64,000 bases of DNA from Octopus sinensis (taxonomy: Eukaryota). The stretch is from positions 29,636,001 through 29,700,000 of the forward strand of contig NC_043012.1 of assembly GCF_006345805.1 (NCBI RefSeq). The letters are read 5' to 3'. Below, in pieces: positions 1-11,700 of the stretch. The notes beneath the pieces are model-generated. The model had not been told where the DNA came from and made no database searches. It was given only the letters and a program-made list of their open reading frames with translations. The translations under genes were made by a program, and so were the position numbers. Every line of letters starts with the position of its first letter. Within the stretch, counting starts at the first letter, position 1.

Positions 1-900
1 GTACATACATACATGCCTTATTATGTTGCCATGGTGATGGTGTGTATATGTGTGATTATATCTGTGTGTGTGTAGTGGTGTAGGTAATATTAGGGAGATT
101 AAAGAGTGTATATCTGTGTGTGTGTGTGTGTGTGTGTGGCTGTGTGGGATGCTTTAATCCCCACCACCATTTTTATCTTTGTTAATTTGATTGTTTTAAA
201 TTAGAGACTTGTTTTGTTTAACCTTTTTTTTCCCCTGCAGTTTCACTCGTTGTCTGGATTATATATCACCATCATCATCACCATCAGTTATGTGCATGTC
301 CATATGCGTATATAGGCATATTAGTTGTGTGTAGGTACACATATGTGTATTTGTTTAACATCTGTATTTCCATGTTGTCATGGGTTATAAGAGGACATAC
401 TTGGAGCAGGAGCTTTTGGCAGGATGCTCTTCCTGTCACTAACCCGCACCCACTTTTTTTTCCCCCCAGAAGGGAATCTTTTTATTGCAGAGTCTCAAAA
501 GTGCTGCGTGACCAATCATAATGTCCACAAGGAATGTAAACATCTCATCACTCAGAGCAACAGGCATATCCATTCAACATCAACAAACACACACACAAGC
601 TGGGTTGTACAAACGGGATTATATACAACTCAGAACACTCGTTTATTTATTTTATATTTCTTACACAGCAGAATTTACAAAAGTGACTCAAAAGCTGAGA
701 GTTTGGTGCACGGCACTTATAAGAATCTCAGCTGATTAAAATATATATGTAAGGTGCTTCCTACAGTTTCCACATGCCAAATTCACTCACAAGGCATTTG
801 TCATCCCAGGCCTGTAGGAGAAGGCACTTACCCAGGGTGCTGTGCTGTGGGACGGAACCTGAAGTTATTTAGTTACCAAGCAAATTTCTCGCCCATACAC

Positions 901-944
<44 letters not shown>

Positions 945-947
<3 letters not shown>

Positions 948-1281
948 CTGTGTGGTAAGAAGCTTGCTTCTCAATTACATGGTTCTAGGTTCAGTCCCAC
1001 CACGTGGCACCTTGAGCAAGTTGTAACTGGATTTGGTGGATGGAAACTGAAAGAAGCCTGTCGTATGTGTCTTTGTGTTTTTGTTTGTCCCCCACCACCA
1101 CCACTTGGCAACTGGTGTTAGTGTGTTTACATCCCTGTAACTTCATGGTTTGGCAAAAGAGGCCAACAGAATAAGTACCAGAGTTTAAAGAAAATAAGTT
1201 CAGGGGTTGGTTCATTTGACTAAAAAGTCTTCAGAATGGTTCCCCAGCATGGCTGCAGTCTGAAACAAACAAAAGATAAAA

Positions 1282-1282
<1 letters not shown>
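945..1282 (+). mobile_element. tRNA-derived SINE, family A (internally deleted copy)
   Basis: A-box-like TGGCTGTGTGGTAAG and B-box-like GGTTCAGTCCC head, then GGCACCTTGAGCAAG and tail CCAGCATGGCTGCAGTC. The same element recurs more than 10 times in the window on both strands. Confidence 0.85.
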
Positions 1283-1349
<67 letters not shown>

Positions 1350-1526
1350 AATTTCACAATTTCACATGCGTTTTCCATGCTGGCATGGGTAGAACATGTC
1401 ATTAATGCCTTGCTTCTTTCTAGAAACTTTAACCAGCTTAAACTGTTTTACCATTTAACCACTGCTGTGGCTTTAGGTACCCCAAGCATCCACATTTAAT
1501 GAGACGTATTTCTGTTATATTTTCAG

Positions 1527-1577
1527 AATGAAGCCGATATGGATGACCACGAGGACCGAATGTCTACAGAGTTATTG
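1527..1577 (+). CDS. Candidate coding exon (phase 0/0) of the SOBP-like gene: NEADMDDHEDRMSTELL; possible start ATG at 1539
   Basis: Acceptor TTATATTTTCAG (AG 1525-26) and donor TTG|GTAAGT (1578). 51 nt, open frame, non-repetitive and CpG-containing, phase-compatible with 14208 and 33848. No homology recognised. Confidence 0.55.
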
Positions 1578-1729
1578 GTAAGTGGAAACTAACCTCCAAC
1601 CTGTCCCCTCGTTCCCCTCCCACACCAAGCTGTCTTCATCTGTCGCTGAACGCCATTTTGAAATTCCATAACTTGGTTAAACTGTGCTGCATTTGTTACC
1701 TAATACACACTAGTTTCATTGGATCAGGT

Positions 1730-2200
1730 TAGCCAAATGTAAATAAGTACCATGGGTAGGTAGATCATGCTCACAACTGTAAGAAACCAGGACTTTTTTT
1801 TTTCACCAGTTGTTGACAAATGTTTCGTTAGCTTGCAGTACTGGGCTGGAACCCCTTCTTCTGTGACCCTGGAGCTGACATGAAGAAACTGCTTGAAGAG
1901 TTGAAACAAGGACACCAGCAAATACAATCACAAACAGGAAGACATTTGTGCTTTACACATGTGAAACATGATGAGTCACAAAGTTCTCCATCAACAAGTG
2001 CCAAGCGTTCATGAACAGATGTCTCTGAAAGATGCTTTGAGTAAGATGGCAAGACAGACTTACAGCCAAAGCCTTGTGGGGACAGGCAGACCAGCAGTTT
2101 ATCAAAACCCAGATGTGAGGGAAGGATATGAAGTTGGCTGGGACACACCCTATGGAAACTGGTTTCCAACATTACAAGTCATTGAAACGCCCCCAAATCC
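1730..2200 (+). mobile_element. Degraded RTE-clade LINE fragment (post-RT region)
   Basis: Frame-shifted translation SINKCQAFMNRCL*KML*VRWQDRLT..LWGQADQQ..SWLGHTL matches the RTE motif KLQ.F.NRCLR.IL...W.D.....LW......W.WLGH.LR. The supplied 79-aa ORF is off-frame. Confidence 0.65.
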
Positions 2201-3848
2201 TTATTGACTTTCTTCCTAGAATTCACAAACCCAACAATCTCAGCCATCACCCCTTTTATCTCCACTTGCTGATGTCTATCCGAACTCATCTCTAGCTACC
2301 TGTTGCCCCTGGTCCCTGTCCTAACTACCTATTGCACCTTTACACTTTAATCATGCCAAGCATCTCCTCTGCCTCTTTAACTCTTTTACCTTTCTACCTA
2401 GTCCCTTCAGATCCCTTTTCACTATAAATGCTTAATCCCTTTACACTTGTCATCCCCCATAATTATAACCCATCCTCCCAAATCCCTTAACTTCTCCATC
2501 TCTCCACCTCCCTAAACTTATTCTTTAAACTATTTCCTTTAAACTATTTCCATATAAATTGAGCAGCCTTCTGTAGCCCTAAATGGGCCCCAATAATACC
2601 AATTCACTTGTAGGCCATGTCAAGGTTTAACTTTTCACCAATTTTACCAGACTGACCCAGAACTTTTTAGCTGTCATCAATGACTCTGGTTCAGCCCCTT
2701 AGTAGAGGACCTTACTCTTTTTCTATCCCTTTCATTTATAACTTCCAACCCCTGCACATAAATTCCTTTCCCCTGTACCTCCATCCCCTCCAAAACACTT
2801 CTGTCTCTACCAACACCATTGATCCCTTCACACCATAAACCCTCGGGGCCGCCACTTCTCACTGGTGTGCAAATGTCGATATGCTGTGTGGGAGGGTAGT
2901 TTGGATGTGAAGACATGTTGTGCTGGTGGCACAGCGTGCTAATGGGGACATGATGTGCCACGGTGGAGCATGGTAGTGGAGACATGTATAGAAGGGCAAA
3001 CCTGTGATGGTGTGGTGTGGATATGTAGAGAGGTGTAAGGACATATTGCATAGCAGTTTTAGTGTGGTAGTGAGGACATGTGGTTGGTTGTTTAGTGTGT
3101 TAATGTGGGCATGTATAGGGTTCAGTGTGGGAGGTGGACATGTGGTAGTGTTATAGTGTGGATGTGTTGTATGGTGTTGATGGTGGTGGTGGTGGTGGAG
3201 TGATGTTACTTATGGTGATGGTGGTGGTGGTGGAGGAGGAGGAGCAGTAAAGTGGGGTGGACAAGGTAATGGTGGGGGTGGGTAGATGATGTCAGAAGAC
3301 GAATGAGAAAGAAGAACTGGATGGGTTGGTGGGGTGGGGTAGTGATGTAGGAGAAGGGAGGGTGGACTCATCGTAAGTGAAAGATGTGGAGATGTAACAG
3401 TGTCGGTGCTGGTGGTGCAGCACTGGTAGATCTTGTGGGGTGAAGGAGGTGGGGCTGGGGTTGAGGTGTGATTCAGTTGTATTTAACTTTTGAATCGGCA
3501 AACATTTGCCAACATTTCATTCTAAAATAAATAAATAATGTTTATTTTTTGTTGTTTTTTTATGAAACGTGCCACCATCCCCCCCCACCACCACCACTCT
3601 GCCTTGTTTTATCAGAACTGCATAAATCAAGGTGTGGTATGTTGTTATGTGTGTGTGTGTGTGTGTTCTGTATGTCTTTAGAAAACATCAAAACCCAAGA
3701 TAGAACAAGTGAAACAATGAACTAAATTAATTAATTAAGGGGGAGGGGTGCTGGAAAACATTGCTTGGAAGTGAAAAGAAAATTAAATAAATACAAGAAT
3801 ATATATATAGGTGTATGTATTGTATGTGTGTATATATATATATGTGTG

Positions 3849-3897
<49 letters not shown>

Positions 3898-4746
3898 TAT
3901 CTTCTTCCCTATAGTATCACCACCACTTCTCCCCCCTCAACATCACTGTAGTTACACCCTCATACTCATCGTTATTATTGTCATCATCATCATCATTATC
4001 ATCAGTCTCCTTGCCACCACCATCATCATCATCATCTGTACCTGGTGTACCAGCTACCAATGCTGCTCCAAGCATCTTCCTCATCAGAAGGGAAAGGGTG
4101 GGTGTCCACCTCTTGGAATTTCTTTTCTTGCCCCCCCACCCCCACCACCACCACACCAACTGTAAGGGGTGCATGGGGAGGAAGGGGGACATGATGTGCC
4201 GGTGGTGAAAATGATGAGGAAGAAGAACATGTGAAGACAGGATGGGAGGAGGAAGAGGAGGAGATACAATAATAAGAATGCTGGGGTGGGGGAGGGGTGA
4301 CACGATGTGTTGGGGATGAGTGCAGTGTGAGGGAGGTGGTGGTGGTGGTGGTGATGCACTAACACCAACATTGGAAGCATGGTGGGAAGGGGGAAGGAGA
4401 GAAGATGAGGGTGGCGTTGGAGGTACATTGATATTACAAAATTATTTTCTAAAAGACCCCTGTATAAGTAACACCTTGTTGTGATTACCACACGGCTGCG
4501 TATACCTCCCCTCAATCATCATCTTCATTCCACTTTCTAATTGCCGTAGCTTTGTTTTTATTTCCTTCTCGTAACTTTTCCTTTGGAGCTGTTGTTGTTG
4601 TTATTTATATACATGTGTGTTTATACACACACACCACACACATATATATATATATATGTGTATATATACATATATAATTATATATGTGTGTGTATATATG
4701 TATGTATATCTACATATGTAGTTATTTATATATTCATGTGTATGTG

Positions 4747-4809
<63 letters not shown>

Positions 4810-5314
4810 TTTTCTTTTCCAATTCTCAGCCAAATTACAAGGAACATCTCTTCAAATTATTCATTCTCGGTGCAATGAGGGAACGAAACAGTGGCAAGGG
4901 GGGGGGGGTGTTTGAGGAGTTTAGAGGTTTGAGTGTAAGTTTTTCCTTGTTGTTGTTGCTGTTTTAATTGTGTGTTGTGGGGGGAGTTTTCACATGATGT
5001 TGGGGTTCTGTGGGGGTGGGGGTGAGATAGGTGGCAGCCTTTGTTTATCTGTTTTTGATTTTTGGTTGTTGTTGTTATGTTTTATTTTTTTTAAGATTTT
5101 GATGAAAAAATTATACAAATATGGTGATATGTTCCAAACTCTCTGAATGGCTTTGTCTCCTCCCCCGCCTCTCGCTCTTCCTCTTATGTGTGTGTGTGTG
5201 TGTATTGCTTATATGCATACATGTACATACATGCATACACATAATACATATGTATACACACACATAAACATATATATGTACATACAGTATTCACATACTT
5301 CTACACAGGCACGC

Positions 5315-5399
<85 letters not shown>

Positions 5400-5429
5400 C
5401 ATATATAATGGGCCAGGATATTTTTTAAA

Positions 5430-5611
5430 GCTTACAGATGGATGGATAGATAATTAAACAGATAGACAAACATAAATGAGTGGGGTAGACAAACACTGAT
5501 AAATAGACAGATAAATAGAGGTAGACAAGCAGACAGGTAAATAGATAGATGGATAGATTGATAGACAGACAGACAGGTAGATAGACACAGACAGACATGT
5601 AGGTAGGTAGG

Positions 5612-5655
<44 letters not shown>

Positions 5656-5705
5656 CAGACTGGTTGATAGGTAGATAGGTAGACAGACAAGTAGATAGAT
5701 AGCAA
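5430..5705. repeat. Compound (GATA)n/(GACA)n/(GGTA)n microsatellite
   Basis: Tetranucleotide repeats read directly. Confidence 0.95.
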
Positions 5706-6227
5706 TCAAATGAGATCATACATAAATAAGCAGGAAAGCAAGATGAAAAGGTAATGAGAGAATGAAGTAGGAATTGAACCCAGCATGTCAAATTAACAGC
5801 AGCTGTATTACCTGAGTCTTTATGTTTTTTTATTGTCTCATATCTACATCCTAAGAGCTACTACTTAGCTCTAGTTTCATTGTATTGAAGTGGTAATTAA
5901 TCTCCTGGATAGGACACAGATGTTCTGGTACATTTTCCTTCCTAGAGCTGGGTGAGTTGTGTTTTATAGAATGAAGTGGATGACAAGATAATACATAATC
6001 TTCCTGGATAGGTCACTAGTTTGTTACAGATAATACTCTCAGATGCTTGTAACCCCCAGGTAAAACATAATATTCCTCCCAAAGACACGTTGACAGTGAG
6101 TTTTGATTTCCTCACCTATGTGCATCAGAGTTCATTCCCAAGTTGAAGATTTCACTCCATCACTACAAAGACAAATAAGGAAAAGACCGTGTCCATCATC
6201 ATCACCATTTTCATCCTACATGCCAGT

Positions 6228-6935
6228 GGGTGTAACCAGCCTATTTATGAGTACCTCTCATTCATTGGACAATAAACCTTGCTTGTGAAGACCTATTGAG
6301 TGAAATCAAAATCAAAATTGCTGACGTGGCCGATGGCAGTGCCACCTGATTGCACTCGTGCCAGTGGAACGTTCATAGCACATCCAAACGTGGGGTGTAA
6401 CAAGCCCACTTATGAGTACCCCTCATTCATTGGACAATGAACTTTGCTTGCGAAGACCTATTGAGGCAAGTGAAAACAAATCAGAATCGCTGAAGTGGCC
6501 GATGACAGTACCGATTGATTGGCACTCGTGCCAGTGGTACGTTAAAAGCATATCCAAGCATGATTGTTGCCAGTGACACGTGAAAAGCACTATTCGAGCG
6601 TGATCGTTGCCAGCATCACCTTACCGGCACATGAAAAACAACATTCGAGCGTAATCGTTGCCAGTGCTGCCGGACTGGCTCCCATGCAAGTAGCACATAA
6701 AAACGCCTTTTGAGCGTGGTCGATGCCAGAACCACCTGACTGGCCCCCGTGCCGGTGGCATGTAAAAGCACCCACTACACTCTTGAAATCGTTGGCGTTA
6801 GGAAGGGCATCCAGCTGTAGAAACTCTGCCAGATCAGATTGGAACCTGGTGCAGTCATCTGGTTCACCAGCCCTCAGACAAATCATCCAACCCATGCCAG
6901 CATGGAAAGCGGATATTAAACGATGAGGATGAGGA
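6228..6935 (+). mobile_element. Family C SINE-like repeat with an RTE-type 3' tail and an internal 165-bp tandem duplication
   Basis: Tail GGCGTTAGGAAGGGCATCCAGCTGTAGAAAC...CCAACCCATGCCAGCATGGAAAGCGGATATTAAACGATGA is shared with about 8 other copies in the window. Duplicated blocks start at 6228 and 6393. Confidence 0.75.
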
Positions 6936-6980
6936 TTTTCTTTCCATGATGACGTGTGTTGGAGTGTGTGTGTGTATGAC

Positions 6981-7260
6981 TGGCACTCCATCGGTTACGA
7001 CAATGAGTCTTCCAGTTGATCCGATCAACGGAACAGCCTGCTCGTGAAATTAATGTGCAAGTGGCTGAGCGCTCCATGGACACAGGTACTCTTAAAATAG
7101 TTCTCAGAAAGAGTCAGCATGACACAGAGTGTGACAAGACTGTTCTCTTTTGAAATACAGGTACAAGCCATTTTTGCCAGCTGAGTGAACGTGGAATAAA
7201 GTGCCTTGTTGAATGCACCAACTTTATGATCATGAGCCAAATTCCCTAACCACTAAGCCA
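6981..7260 (-). mobile_element. tRNA-derived SINE, family E
   Basis: Minus-strand head TGGCTTAGTGG (A box). A homologous copy lies at about 24575-24850 and a partial one at about 8800-8930. Confidence 0.75.
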
Positions 7261-7547
7261 TTACCTGCTCTTGCTAAAGAGTAATAAATATATATATATG
7301 GCTGTATGTGTGTGAGCCCCCATCACTAGCCTGTGATTATCTTGCACCAAGGACAAGAAACAACCCAGAAACCTAGGTCTGTGAGTATCACAGAGGCTAG
7401 AGATGGGAGTGATGACCTCCCTTGCTAATACTGTACAGACACAAACTGTGTGTCAATAGCCAGCTGGAAAAGATGTTTTCCTGGGGCTAAAATGGTAACA
7501 TTGTCCTTGTATAGCACTGCCACATTCTGTTGCCAAATAAACTTTAC

Positions 7548-7657
<110 letters not shown>

Positions 7658-9289
7658 TATATATATATATATATATATATGTATTGAAACTCCGGAAGTT
7701 CTTACAACTTTGGTAATTGTAATGCTTTTGTTTGTTTAATAAAAATTCCTCTTCATAATGATTTTGCTTTCATTTTGTGATAGACAGCTATCATGCAGAA
7801 AATACTCACTTCCAGATCCTGTTTTCTGATTAAAATTGATTAAACTTTAAACCTCAGTAACATTTTTCTGGACCACATAAATAATAAGATCAGATTTAAT
7901 GTGGAAAATTATTTCAATATACCAAATTTGAAAAGTTTGACATAATCTTAAAATTTCACAGTATGTGGCAGCAACAGGGAAGATCCTACAAAAGTAGAGA
8001 GACAGACAGTTATAGGACGTCACACACACATTTACAAATGTACACACAGGTAATCATGAGTTTAAAATGGTGTACAGTAGACATATATATGTGTGTGTGA
8101 GTGTTTCTTTGTGATGGATAGCAGAAAAGCCACCTCTCTCTTTAAAGCTACATATTCCTCACACCTACCTTTCCCTTCTTCTGCTTTTTAAAAGTTTCTT
8201 GTGTGTGCATGTATGCATATATTTATGAAAGTATGTATGCAACATCGCAGGTATATGACAGCTGTATTTACATTAGCATCCCATTGTCACTCCGTAATTG
8301 TCACTTACACAATGCTCTTCTCCCCTTCCCTGATATCAGTCACACTCACTATGCCACCACATTTCCCTTAAAGTAATACTCTTGCATCCTTCTCATTTTG
8401 TCATATACTAGCCCAATTATAATTGAACTGGATGTTAGTGTAACATGTAGGCAAAGTTTCATGAAGATTTGTTCACTGGTGTAGGCGGAAGATGGTGAAA
8501 GACAGAAAGACAAAAATTGCCATTTATGTATAAGATGATGGCTTCTTTCAGTTTCTGTCTACCAAATCTACTCACAAAGCTTTAGTTGGCATGGGCCCAT
8601 GGTAGAAGACTTGGCTAATTTGTTGAAGAGGGGACTGAACCCAAAACTACATTGTTGGGAAGCATAGAAGTTTACTTCCTACTCCCAGATTCAATCCTAT
8701 TGTGATATCTTCAGCAAAATCTGTTTTACCCTGACATCAGGTGAACCTTTTGAGTGAAAGTGGACTGAAGGAAACTGTAAGGAATCCGATCAGATGGAGT
8801 TTGTAATTCAAAGGTCAGACCATGTCACATAGTGTGTCATGCTAATTCCACTTGAGAATTACATTAGGGGGTTACATTAAGGGTATATGTATCTGTGGAA
8901 TACTCAGCCAGTTCAATGCAAAAATAGTTCAGCTGATTGACTAATTAGAACATTCATCATCAGAAGTTATGATGGGCAGAGTGGGGTGGGGGTGGGTCAA
9001 TTTAGATAGAAAAGTACATCAGCCTTTAACCTGTAACACTTGTCTTCAACTTATTGATGTAACACCCTTACTGCTAAAGGAACAAATGTTTCATTTATTC
9101 TTTAATATATATCATCATCATCATCATTTAATGTCCTGCTTCCATGCTGGCCTGGGTTGGATGGTTTGACAGGAGATGGCCAGGCTGGAGCCTATGTCAT
9201 GTGTCTGTTTTGGTTTTTACGACTGGATGCCCTTCCTAACACCAACCACTCCATAGAGTGAGCTATATATATATATATATATATATATA

Positions 9290-9818
<529 letters not shown>

Positions 9819-10024
9819 TAAGTCAAAATTCCATAAATACTCTCTGTAATTCTGTATTGACTGGAATGGAAAAATGTGTTGCTCAAGAAGGACTTCAGTT
9901 TGATCAATTTTCCTGATATTTCATATTTAGACGCTTTTATTAAATTCATTCAGTTGTTAAACATAAATGAATCTTGGAATTAAATGGCTTTAACTTACTG
10001 TTGGGTGACTTTTAGCCAACCTAG

Positions 10025-10059
<35 letters not shown>

Positions 10060-10157
10060 CGGGAAGCTTTATGAAAATAAACAAAAGACGAAGGCAGGTG
10101 GAAAACAAACGAACAATTGTATTAGTATGGCGCTCAGGAAATATAAATAAAACAAGT

Positions 10158-10193
10158 CTTTAACGTTTCGAGCCTACGCTCTTCAACAGAAAG
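10158..10193 (-). ncRNA. Minimal type-I hammerhead-like motif H1 (variant core CUGUUGAA)
   Basis: Minus strand: CTTT-CTGTTGAA-GAGC GTAG GCTC-GAA-ACGT-T-AAAG. Helix I CTTT/AAAG, stem II 4 bp plus tetraloop, helix III palindrome ACGT. Confidence 0.5.
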
Positions 10194-10358
10194 ATACACA
10201 GAGAGAAAAACACAGAAAGAAGGAGAGAAAAAAAATGCGTGCAGTAGCTAACGAATCAACATGGCGATCTAAGGTGGAGGTGGAAATAGCATAGAATTAA
10301 GTCTAAGACATTTCAGTTTAAGAGGGAATTTAGTAAAAGATTATATAAATAAAAATAT

Positions 10359-10400
10359 TAATATTACTGGTTTCGATGTATTTCATCTTATCAGATGTTA
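10359..10400 (-). ncRNA. Minimal type-I hammerhead-like motif H2 (decayed)
   Basis: Minus strand: TAACAT-CTGATAA-GATG AAATA CATC-GAA-ACCAGT-A-ATATTA. Three G>A changes separate it from a canonical motif with an ACCGGT palindrome and GUA site. Confidence 0.6.
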
Positions 10401-10457
10401 GTAAAAATTTATTAAAGTTTGAAAAGTTTGAATGGTGGTCAAGAACATGTCTGTATG

Positions 10458-10492
<35 letters not shown>

Positions 10493-10976
10493 GTGTGTGT
10501 ATTTCATTTTTGTACACATGCACACACTGGCACACACACTCACAGGCAACAAGATCTGAAGCAGACAAATGTGGCCTCTATAACAGACCAAGTCCATAGT
10601 CATTCAGAAGGTTGCAAGTAGCAAAGAAAGAGCTTTGACAAGCAAATACAAAACAAATTAAACAAGCAATTAGTGAGTTGGATATTGACTAATAAAAAAG
10701 AAAAGAAGTGGGATTGAACCAGTGTGTGTGTGTGTTAATAGTATTGGCATAATGACTCTCCCTAGACACAGCAAAAAAATATATATATATGTATTAGGCA
10801 TATGTATATATTCACATAATTACTATAAATTTACGTGTCAGGTACGTATATATCTATACATACACACATATACACAAATGCACACATTTTCCTTGTGTAT
10901 GCACTCATAATGCTATGCACCAATGCACACAAATATGCACCTATTCCTTTATATATTTATATGCATATGATATAAA

Positions 10977-11010
<34 letters not shown>

Positions 11011-11600
11011 TCGCATACACACATGTACATAGACTCACTACATGCATGACATATGCTCATATACACACCCATTTATCTACAATGAGTCAGTTATATATAG
11101 TGTCAAACAAAGACATACAAGATGTATGTGTATGTATGTATAATATATATACACACACACACACATACATATGCACAAGCACACATCCATACACGTGCAG
11201 ACACACACACACGTGTATGCTTACATTCAGTCAAGACATATCTTTGTCTTTTTTAATGTAATACATCACCCACCACCACCACCGCCGCCGCCGCCGCCAC
11301 CACCCAATCCATCTTCATTTAATCAAATTCTTTCCTGTTTATATACACTGACTAATAACACATAGTTTTCATGTTAGACATCAAAGTTAAATATTTCTGC
11401 TTTCATTGAAAACCCTGCATGAACTCTGAAGCAGTTTCAACCTCCATTATGCATCTTTTCCTCCATTTATATTTTACAGATGTGTATATACACAGATATA
11501 CATACATGTCTCTTGTTGTTCTGTATGACTTAACACTTTCAAGTCTATGAGATGCTGGCCATGCCCTAAATCTCCACAAGTTAATCTCCACCTTTCTCTC

Positions 11601-11700
11601 TCCCTTTTGTTTGGGGCAGCCTTTGGGACCTTCCCAGCCCCATTTCCCCCTCCCTTTTGTTTGGGGCAGCCTTTGGGACCTTCCCAGCCCCATTTCTCCT
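11601..11700. repeat. 50-bp direct tandem duplication
   Basis: TCCCTTTTGTTTGGGGCAGCCTTTGGGACCTTCCCAGCCCCATTTC at 11601 and 11651; the first 46 nt are identical. Confidence 0.95.

Larger units (their letters stand above)
10059..10450 (-). mobile_element. Penelope-like pseudo-LTR-type non-coding remnant carrying two hammerhead-like motifs
   Basis: Non-SINE repeat-like block after a (TA)n tract, with two same-strand hammerhead-like motifs about 170 bp apart. Assignment to PLEs is inferred from the known PLE-hammerhead association. Confidence 0.5.

Noticed and set aside
25-38. GTTGCCATGGTGAT partial X-box
   Set aside because: The second half-site is imperfect and it is isolated in low-complexity sequence.
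241-334. Strong acceptor TTTTTTTCCCCTGCAG at 240
   Set aside because: No convincing donor gives a stop-free exon compatible with 1527. It may be UTR or cryptic and cannot be supported as a feature.
945-1020. tRNA genes suggested by A/B boxes in SINE heads
   Set aside because: No cloverleaf or acceptor stem; heads continue into SINE bodies present in many diverged copies.
3060-3480. G-rich (GTG/GAG) tracts with G-quadruplex potential
   Set aside because: Ordinary decayed trinucleotide low-complexity sequence that is common throughout the window.
7686-7705. GAAACTCCGGAAGTTC after (TA)n, possible hammerhead 3' half
   Set aside because: No core or stem II, and the helix III pairing is ambiguous.
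8400-8537. Possible minus-strand Helitron head (TCTTATACATAAATGGCAAT)
   Set aside because: No identifiable hairpin-CTAG 3' end; too decayed to delimit.
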